A stretch of 64,000 nt of DNA from an uncultured delta proteobacterium (GTDB taxonomy: Bacteria; Myxococcota; Myxococcia; SLRQ01), in contig CAVSGM010000011.1 of the NCBI GenBank assembly GCA_963727485.1, positions 512,001 to 576,000 of the forward strand. Reading direction: 5' to 3'. Within the stretch, counting starts at the first letter, position 1, and each line of letters opens with the position of its first letter. The position numbers and the translations under genes are program-made. Under the pieces are notes generated by a model. It ran no database searches. It was not told the DNA's origin and worked only from the letters and a program-made list of their open reading frames with translations. Below are positions 56,655 to 64,000 of the stretch, piece after piece.

Positions 56655-57413
56655 GTGACGGCCAGGCCCGACGTACCAAGATCACAGATGGCAGGCCGGC
56701 GCCGCCTGCAGCGACTCGGCGGATACCTCGTGCTGGCGGCGTTGGCCGTGGGCGGAGGGATGCTCCTGGGGCGGTCGCCTTTGCTGGCGCGGCCGCCAGT
56801 GCGCCTGCGCAAGACTGGTGAACGCCAGCGCCCCATGGCTGCCGTGACCCAGGTGGGCGGTTCGGGGCGCGCCCCACCGACGGGTCTGGGCGCTCGAGCC
56901 GCGCCTGGCAGGCCTGCTCCCAGGCCCGCAGGGCGCCGGGTTGCCAGCGGTGCGCACTTGGTCCGCCTGCCTCCTGGCGTCGCGCCGCCCCCGAGGTACT
57001 ATCCCCGTGATCCGAACGAGTGGCAGGGGATGCTCATTGACCAGAGCATACAGCCGGAATGCGATGTATCAGCCCATTGTGGACTGGCGCTGGCCTGCAT
57101 CCACAATCGGTGCGGGCCGTGCACGTCCGATTCCGACTGCAACTCCGGTGAGGAGTGCGTGCTCGACCATTGCGTGATAGCTGCGAATGTCGTTTGCCGG
57201 AGCAGATCGGATTGTCCGGATGGAGAGCTCTGCGTGCTGAGTGGCTACTCGCATGATCCCCGCGGAAACAGCGACATGCGTGCTACCTGCCTAGCGCCCA
57301 CGGGAGGCCGAGAGGAACCGGCCCACACCGCGGCCGGCGAGCCCAGGGTGGCAGCACAAAAGCCTCCGGTGACATTCACCGGTTTGCGTCGCAGCCTGGG
57401 CGGCAACCCGTGA
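56655..57413 (+). CDS. Membrane-anchored Cys-rich protein, lower-GC region
   Basis: One TM segment, Pro-rich linker, EWQGM motif, three CxxxxxC..G..C units. Confidence 0.65.
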   Translation: MTARPDVPRSQMAGRRRLQRLGGYLVLAALAVGGGMLLGRSPLLARPPVRLRKTGERQRPMAAVTQVGGSGRAPPTGLGARAAPGRPAPRPAGRRVASGAHLVRLPPGVAPPPRYYPRDPNEWQGMLIDQSIQPECDVSAHCGLALACIHNRCGPCTSDSDCNSGEECVLDHCVIAANVVCRSRSDCPDGELCVLSGYSHDPRGNSDMRATCLAPTGGREEPAHTAAGEPRVAAQKPPVTFTGLRRSLGGNP

Positions 57414-58165
57414 TGCGTTCTTTCGCGCTCTCCCTCCTGCTCGTCCTGGCCGCGACCGCCGGCTGCGGGGGCACCGTGGCGGTGCTGCCGGCCTACGAAG
57501 TGGCCCTCCCGGAGATTTGCTTCCAGGATCCCGACGCCGCCACCCGGTCCACGCCCTTCGTCGCCGACGGAAACGCGGCCACCCTCACGCTGACGGGCAC
57601 GGTGACGTCCGTCGACCACGCCGTCGACCCTACCACCCGGTCCTGGACCGGGACCTGCGCCGACCACCCGAAGGTCCTGGGGACGGTCTTCGCCCTCGAC
57701 GATGGCGCCGGCACGACCTGGACCTTCGGGCTCGCCCTGCTGCGGCACGACGGGACGGACCACTCCCCGGCCCTGGCCCTGGCCCCGGGCCAGACGGTGA
57801 CCGTCGGCTACGCCCAGGACTTCGCGCACGCCGGCGACCACGCGTTGCAGGTGACGGACGCCGAGGGCACCGTGCTCGCGGTCGACGACCTCCGGGGCGT
57901 CCTGCAGTCCGGCAGGCTCCACGGGTTCACCGTGACGCGCGGGGACTTCACCGGGCCCGTCGCGTCGGGTGACTGCGGCGAGACGCGCGCCACCACGACC
58001 CGGTTCAAGGGCGACACCACCGCGACCCTCGCCCCCGGCGACACCGGGACCTTCCGGGCGGCCGGGCACACCCTCCACGCCTTCGCGAGCTGGAGCTGGG
58101 TGGAGCGGGCCGGGTGGCGCTGCTCCGACGTCGTGCGGCCGCTGGCCTACTTCGTGTGGCGCTAG
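57413..58165 (+). CDS. Lipoprotein, beta-rich
   Basis: Lipobox ATAG-C; GC3-biased codons resume here. Confidence 0.7.
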   Translation: MRSFALSLLLVLAATAGCGGTVAVLPAYEVALPEICFQDPDAATRSTPFVADGNAATLTLTGTVTSVDHAVDPTTRSWTGTCADHPKVLGTVFALDDGAGTTWTFGLALLRHDGTDHSPALALAPGQTVTVGYAQDFAHAGDHALQVTDAEGTVLAVDDLRGVLQSGRLHGFTVTRGDFTGPVASGDCGETRATTTRFKGDTTATLAPGDTGTFRAAGHTLHAFASWSWVERAGWRCSDVVRPLAYFVWR

Positions 58166-58205
58166 CCCGGCGGACGGTGGCTCAGCCGCGCCGGCGGTCC
58201 CGGCG

Positions 58206-59167
58206 TCACCCGCCCCGGCGGTCCCGGCGCTGCGCCTGCCGGTGGGCCCGGAGCGCCCGGCGCAGCTCCAGGCGCGCCACCTTCCGCCGGCGCCGCGCCT
58301 GGGTCTTCACCGAGGGCTTGCGACCCCGACGCGGCATCTGCTCGTCGAGGGGCTCGGCGAAGCTCCCCGGGGCGGGCCCCCAGCTCGAAGATGGCGATCT
58401 CCGCGCTGGCCCCGCTGGCCCATGCGCACCGGCAGCACCGCGGCGCCGATCCCGGCGCCCACGTAGACCGCCCCCACGTCGTCGCCGTCGCGGTTGCCGT
58501 AGATCCCGTGGATGTACTTGTGGCCGGCCAGGTGGCCGAGGGCCAGCTCGTGGAGCCGCGCCACGGTGATCTGGCCCCCGTGGGTGTGGCCCGAGAGGAC
58601 CAGGGGCACGCCGCGATCCCAGAGCCGGTCCGCCTCCTCGGCGATGTGCGAGAGGCCGAGGGTGGGCAGGTCGCGCCGGAGCCCGCGCAGGGCGCGCTCC
58701 CGGTCGGCGTGGCCGGTGTAGGCGTCGTCGAGGCCCAGGATCTGGAGCCGCTCGTGGCCGAGCTCGAGGACGGTGTGGGCGTTGTCGAGGACGAGCGCCC
58801 CGGACCGGCGCAGGGTCCGGCGGACCTCGTCGCCGCCGCACCAGTGGTCATGGTTGCCGAGGACCGCCACCACCGGGGCGTCGAAGGCCTCGATGACCTC
58901 TTGCAGCGCGTCGAGCCACAGCTGGCTGTGGCTGACGAAGTCGCCGGTGATGACCACCAGGTCCGGGGCCTCGGCGTTGGTCAGCGCCACCGCCGCGTGC
59001 TGCACCCGCATGGGCGTGACCCGCCCCACGTGGAGGTCGGTGAGGTGGGCGACGCGCAGGGGCCGGGTGAGGGACTCGGCGTGGTCGACGGCGCCGGCGA
59101 ACCGGCGGACGTGGATCCGGGCGGCGGCGCGGGCTTCGGGGGCGAGCGGGGCGGCGACGTGCTGCAT
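58206..59167 (-). CDS. Metallophosphoesterase (YkuE-like; two frameshifts ~58370-58405)
   Basis: TDLH, TGDF, GNHD, LSH, SGHTHGGQ. The C-terminus EIAIFEL and the Arg-rich tail lie in other frames. Confidence 0.85.
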
Positions 59168-59256
59168 CAAGACTCCAGGATGCCGATGGGGGGCCGTCCG
59201 GGCAACCGCTGCCCGAGGCCTTATCGTCCCGGTCGCCCATGATACACCTTCTCGCG

Positions 59257-59907
59257 ATGGCCCCCGCGCCCCCCAGATCCGCCCGGCTCACGGCCCCCGG
59301 CACCGCCCTCGCCCTCGTCGCCGCCCTCGCCCTCGGCCTCGGCGGCTGCGCCCACGCGCCGCCGGCCCCAAGCCCGGCGAACCCCGCCTACCCCATGGAC
59401 CTCACCCTGGTCTCCGCCGACGGGGGGCAGGTCTCGGTCTCCGACTACACCGGGCAGGTGGTGGTGGTGAACTTCTTCGCCACCTGGTGCATGCCCTGCC
59501 TGGCGGAGATGCCCTACCTCGACTCCCTGAAGCAGAAGGTCCCCGGGGTCCAGGTGGTGGGCATCGCCATGGACCAGGACGCGGCGAAGGTCCTGCCCCT
59601 GTTCCGCCGGCAGTTCCACCTGGGTTACCCCATCCTCCTCGCCGACGACGACGTCTTCCAGGGGCGCACGATCTACGGCCGCATCCCGGCCATCCCCGCC
59701 ACCTTCCTCCTCGACCAGAAGGGGCGCCTGGTCCTCGCCGTCGCCGGGGCCCTCGACCCGCCCACCTTCACCCCGCTCTTGCGCAAGGTGGTCGCCGGGA
59801 AGGTCCACGGGGCGGCCCCGGGGCAGGCGTCCTCGGGCCTCGGGCCCGGGGGCATCGGCCCGGCCCGGCCGAGGCGACCTCTGGCGTCCCCGCCGCCTGC
59901 GGGTTAG
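59257..59907 (+). CDS. TlpA/ResA-like thioredoxin lipoprotein
   Basis: Lipobox LGGC, NFFATWCMPCLAEMP, IPATFLLD. Confidence 0.9.
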   Translation: MAPAPPRSARLTAPGTALALVAALALGLGGCAHAPPAPSPANPAYPMDLTLVSADGGQVSVSDYTGQVVVVNFFATWCMPCLAEMPYLDSLKQKVPGVQVVGIAMDQDAAKVLPLFRRQFHLGYPILLADDDVFQGRTIYGRIPAIPATFLLDQKGRLVLAVAGALDPPTFTPLLRKVVAGKVHGAAPGQASSGLGPGGIGPARPRRPLASPPPAG

Positions 59908-59919
59908 CCTCCCTGCCCC

Positions 59920-60597
59920 ATGGTGGAACTCCTCGTCAAGGGCGGCCCGGTGATGGTCCCGATCCTCTTGGGATCGGTCATCGCGCTGGCCGTGTTCATC
60001 GAGCGTATGTGGGCCCTGCGCCGCCGCAAGGTGGTGCCCGACGACCTGGGCGACCAGGTCCGCAGCCTGGTGGGTGAGGGCCGCCTCGACGGCGCCGTCG
60101 CCGTCTGCGAGCGCGCCGACGCCGCCATCGCCCGGGTCTTCCTCGCGGGGCTGCGCCTCGCCGGCAAGCCCCGGGAGCTGGTCAAGGAGCGCATCGAGGA
60201 GGTGGGCCGGCGGGAGACCGTGCAGCTCGAGCGCTACGTGGGCGTCCTCGGGGTCATCGCCGCCCTCGAGCCGCTGCTGGGCCTCCTGGGCACGGTCACC
60301 GGGATGATCAAGGTCTTCCAGAACGTGGTGAAGCAGGGCCTCGGCGACCCGCGGATCCTCGCCAGCGGCATCTGGGAGGCGCTGATCACCACCGCCGCCG
60401 GGCTGGTCGTGGCCATCCCCACCTACATCCTCTGGCGCTGGCTCCTGGCCAAGGTGCGCGACCGGGTGCTGGAGATGGAGGACGACGCGGTGGGCATGAT
60501 GGACCTGCTCACCGAGCACGCCGCCGCCGCCGGGGCCGCCGGTTCCGACGCCCCCGCCCCGGCCCCAAAGACCCCCGCGGCCGAGGCCGCGCCGTGA
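59920..60597 (+). CDS. exbB: MotA/TolQ/ExbB proton channel protein
   Basis: GGPVM, PLLGLLGTVTGMI, GIWEALITTAAGL. Confidence 0.9.
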   Translation: MVELLVKGGPVMVPILLGSVIALAVFIERMWALRRRKVVPDDLGDQVRSLVGEGRLDGAVAVCERADAAIARVFLAGLRLAGKPRELVKERIEEVGRRETVQLERYVGVLGVIAALEPLLGLLGTVTGMIKVFQNVVKQGLGDPRILASGIWEALITTAAGLVVAIPTYILWRWLLAKVRDRVLEMEDDAVGMMDLLTEHAAAAGAAGSDAPAPAPKTPAAEAAP

Positions 60598-61019
60598 ACT
60601 TCCGGCCCCGAAGCGAGATCGAGGAGCCGCGGATCGACATCGCGCCGCTCATCGACATCGTCTTCCAGCTCCTGATCTTCTTCCTGCTCACCAGCACCTT
60701 CGCCCTCCACCCGGTCTTCGACGTCACCCTGCCCACCTCGTCCCAGAAGACGCGGCAGAAGCCCCAGAAGGACGAGGTGGCGGTGAACGTCACCCGGGAC
60801 GGCCAGGTGCTCATCGACGGGAAGGCCACCGACGACGCCGCCCTCGAGGCGACCTTCCGGGCCGCGGCCAAGGCCCACCCGGACACGGTGTTGCTCCTCC
60901 AGGCAGACACCAACGCGACCCACGGCAAGGTGGTCCACGTCATGGACCTGGCCCGGACCGCGGGGCTCCGGCGCCTGGCCATCGTCACCAAGTCCCAGCC
61001 GGGTCCGGCGACGCCGTGA
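60594..61019 (+). CDS. exbD: ExbD/TolR family protein
   Basis: IAPLIDIVFQLLIFF, ADT..HG.VV.VMD. Confidence 0.9.
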   Translation: MNFRPRSEIEEPRIDIAPLIDIVFQLLIFFLLTSTFALHPVFDVTLPTSSQKTRQKPQKDEVAVNVTRDGQVLIDGKATDDAALEATFRAAAKAHPDTVLLLQADTNATHGKVVHVMDLARTAGLRRLAIVTKSQPGPATP

Positions 61020-61294
61020 GGACCGAGAAGCTCGATCTCCTCCTCGCCGGGTTCACCGCCTTCGTGGTCATGGCGGCGGTCCTGGGGGTCTGGGGCCTGG
61101 TGCGACACCGGCCGATGATCGAGTACCGGCCCGAGAGTGGGGGCTACCTGCCCTACACCGGGCCCGCGGCGGCGCCGCCGCAGGCGACGACAATCCGGCG
61201 CGCGCCGGGGCCGTCGCCCGCGGTCCCCGCCCCGCATCCGGCGTCTGCGGCCACGGCACCCGCGGTCCCGAGCCCGGCCGACGCCGGCCCCTGA
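61016..61294 (+). CDS. Small single-TM Pro-rich protein
   Basis: GTGA overlap with exbD; one TM segment followed by a Pro/Ala-rich tail. Confidence 0.5.
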   Translation: MRTEKLDLLLAGFTAFVVMAAVLGVWGLVRHRPMIEYRPESGGYLPYTGPAAAPPQATTIRRAPGPSPAVPAPHPASAATAPAVPSPADAGP

Positions 61295-61308
61295 GCGCCC
61301 CGCCGACC

Positions 61309-61329
61309 CAGGGTGCAACAGGGTGCAAC
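61309..61329. repeat. Tandem 10-bp direct repeat (CAGGGTGCAA)x2
   Basis: Directly visible, just upstream of the TTGCCG...TGgTACCAT promoter of ftsB. Confidence 0.7.
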
Positions 61330-61371
61330 GGCTTTCTTGCCGGCCCGGATCCCGGTGGTACCATCGCCGCG

Positions 61372-61680
61372 ATGGTCCGGGATGCACGCAAGTGGGGGCT
61401 GATGGTGGTGGGCCTCTCGGTGGCTCTGGCCGCCGCGTCGGCCCTCGGGCCCAGGGGGGTTCGGCACCTGCGCCGCCTCGACCGGGAGGCTGCCCGGATC
61501 GAGGCCGCCGACGCCGCCCTCGAGGCCCAGAACGACCGCCTCATCCTCCGCATCGACGCCCTCCGCAACGACCCGCGGACCCTGGAGTCGGTGGCCCGGG
61601 ACGAGCTGGGGATGGTGAAGCCCGGCGAGGTCGTCTTCCGCTTCGTGCCCGAGGCCCCCGAGGCCGGGGCGTCCAGATGA
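61372..61680 (+). CDS. ftsB: FtsB/DivIC septum formation initiator
   Basis: TM plus coiled coil plus LESVARDELGMVKPGE. Confidence 0.88.
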   Translation: MVRDARKWGLMVVGLSVALAAASALGPRGVRHLRRLDREAARIEAADAALEAQNDRLILRIDALRNDPRTLESVARDELGMVKPGEVVFRFVPEAPEAGASR

Positions 61681-63984
61681 TGCCCCGGGTCGCCCGCCGG
61701 CCCCGGCCGGCCACCCGGTCCGCGGGCCTCGACCTCTCCCGGAAGACCAGCCTGGTGCCCCGGGCCGGGATCTTCTCCCGGGGCCCGGGCCTGGTGCTCA
61801 AGACCCGGGCCCGGCGCGCGGTGGCCTTCGCCTGGCGCGTCGCCGGCTTCGCGCTGGCCGCCGGGGCCGTCGCCCGCCTCGCCCTCGGGGGCCTCACGGA
61901 TCCGGCGGCCCTCGGTCCCTGGGATCTGGTCCTGGTCGCCGCCCTGGCCGGGGTCCTGGTCCACCGCCTGGCGCGGCGCCTCGGCCGCCCGGAGCTCGCC
62001 GAGGGCGACGTCGCCGCCGGCCGCCGGCGCCTGGAGCGGGACCTGGAGCTCGCGGCGGTGTCGGTCACCGCCCTCTACGTGGTCCTCGCCCTCACCGGCG
62101 GCCTCGCCTCGCCCCTCTACCCGGCCCTCTACCTGGCGGTGGCCCTGCTGATGGTCTTCCACCGCCCGGCGGTGGGCATCGCCGCGGTGGCCCTGACCCT
62201 CGCCGTCGAGGGCCTCCTCGCCTGGCGCCACGGGGACCTCGCCGTGCGCTGGTCCGCGGTGGCCTTCCACGGGGGCTTCGTGGTCGCCTTCGCCGGCCTC
62301 TACCACGGGGTGCTGGCCGGGGGCCTCGCCGAGAGCCGCCGGAAGGCCCGCCGCGCCGTCGACGCCCACGTCCGGGAGATCCACGAGCGCGCCCGGGCCT
62401 ACCGCCTGGTGGTCTCCGCCTCCGACGAGGCCCCGAGGGCCGGCGCCGAGCAGGGCCAGGAGAAGTGGCTGGTGGCCGCCGTCCAGGAGATCGAGGCCGC
62501 GGTCCGCGCCGCCCTCGAGGTCGCCGAGGCGGCCCTGGCGACCCACACGGTCGCGGTGCTCCTCCTCTCCGGCGACGAGAAGGTCCTGCGCCTCCACGAG
62601 TGCCTCTCGGCCTCCGAGCACGTCGTCCGCCACCCCCTGGCCGCCGGCGAGGGCCTCCCCGGGGTGGTCCTCCGGCGCCGGGGCCCGGTGCGCCTGTGCG
62701 GGAGCTTCCGGGGCACCGTCTACGACGAGGGGGGCGACGCGCCGCAGGCGTTCCTCGGGGTGCCGCTGGTCGACCGCCGCGGCGGCGCCGGGGGCGAGGG
62801 CTACGTCCGCGGGGTGCTGGTCGCCGACCGCCTCGAGGCGCGCGCGTTCACCGAGGCCGACGAGCGGGTCCTCCAGGTCGTCGCCCGGGAGGTCCTCCGG
62901 GCCATCGAGGTCGAGCGGGTGATGGGCTACATCCGCAAGGAGAAGGACGAGAAGAGCCGGTTCTACCGGGCCATCGAGGCCCTCAACGTCCTCTCCAAGC
63001 CCCAGGAGATTCTGCGAGGCGGTCACCCGGCTCGCCGCCCAGCTGGCCCCGGTCGACTTCGTCGCCGTGACCCTCGCCGAGACCGGGACCCCGGAGGCCG
63101 AGGCCGCCGAGCCCCGGGTCACCCACCGGGTGGTCGAGGCCACGGGCCCCGGCGCCGAGGGCCTCCCCGGCCTCACCTTCGACGACAACGCCGGCCTGGT
63201 GGCCAACGTGGTGCGCCTGGGCTCGCCGCTCCCCGGCCGGGACTTCCACGCCATGGAGAAGACGGTGGTCTTCTCCGAGCCGGAGAAGCTCCGGGGCCTG
63301 TCCACCCTCAAGGTCCTCCCCATGACCGTGGGCGAGGAGGTGGTGGGCACGGTGGTCTGCGGGGCCACCGGCAAGGGGGCGCTCTCCGAGGACGCGGTGC
63401 GGATGCTGGGGGTGCTGGCGATGCAGGCGGCCGGGGCCATCGAGCGCGGGCGCCTCTTCGAGAAGACCGAGCGCATGGCCACCACCGACGGGCTCACCGG
63501 CCTCAACAACCACCGGACGTTCCAGGACCTCCTCGACGGCCACCTCGCCGCCGCCCGTCGCTACGGCCGCCAGGTGAGCCTCATCATCTGCGACGTGGAC
63601 CACTTCAAGTCCGTGAACGACACCTACGGCCACCCGGTGGGCGACAAGGTCCTCAAGGGCGTGTCCCGGATCCTCCGCGCCGAAGCCCGGGACACCGATG
63701 TCGTCGCCCGCTACGGGGGCGAGGAGTTCGCGGTGATCCTCCCGGAGACCGACACCGAAGGCGCCAAGGTCATCGCGAACCGCATCCGCGAGAAGATCGC
63801 CGCCAACACCGTGCAGACCGAGCTCGGCCCCCTCAACGTGACCATCAGCCTCGGGGTCTCGACCTTCCCTGCCCACGGGGACGAGAAGCAGGACGTCATC
63901 GACCGCGCCGACCAGGCCCTCTACGGGGCGAAGCACGGCGGCCGGAACCGGGTGGTCTGCGCCGACGAGGTCAGCGGGCGGTAG
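61677..63984 (+). CDS. dmxA: Membrane GAF-GAF-GGDEF diguanylate cyclase, DmxA-like (frameshift ~63010)
   Basis: Multi-TM N-terminus, two GAF-like domains, TDGLTGLNN, RDTD I-site, RYGGEEF. Coupled to ftsB, as I recall for Myxococcus dmxA. Confidence 0.8.
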
Positions 63985-64000
63985 GGACGGTTCCCCCCGG

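Noticed and set aside
54779..56821. 680-aa ORF as one protein
   Set aside because: It is two genes (GTGA overlap at 55379-55382), each with a frameshift. Unlike the 35534 fusion, a stop/start junction is visible.

Overview
Very GC-rich bacterial chromosomal window, most likely from a Myxococcota (myxobacteria-like) genome. Evidence for that: MYXO-CTERM proteins, PEGA and Cys-rich lipoproteins, Hanks kinase and PP2C, a short EF-Ts, and ftsB followed by a GAF-GAF-GGDEF gene. About 60 CDSs can be supported. The housekeeping blocks are rarA-nadK-recN, secA-argJ, rpsB-tsf-pyrH-frr, nadE, ftsEX-envC-ctpA, tRNA-Gln/tRNA-Glu with gltX, dnaK, fur, exbBD and ftsB. They are interspersed with many envelope and secreted proteins. 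About 13 single-base frameshifts look like long-read errors, and four of them are the identical GATC->GATTC insertion. The most unusual feature is a metalloprotease locus around gltX. It holds three MYXO-CTERM matrixins, two clear and one probable copy of a small 'ADLVVEGRV' partner domain, and a CPBP protease. One matrixin is encoded as an apparent two-signal polyprotein, with MYXO-CTERM followed in frame by a second signal peptide and the partner domain. Also notable are a triad-less nicotinamidase-like protein coupled to nadE, a degenerate REC-GGDEF gene ahead of ftsEX, many apparently leaderless genes, and a lower-GC three-gene secreted-protease cassette. No CRISPR, rRNA, integrase or transposase was seen. 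All calls come from reading motifs; no searches were run.
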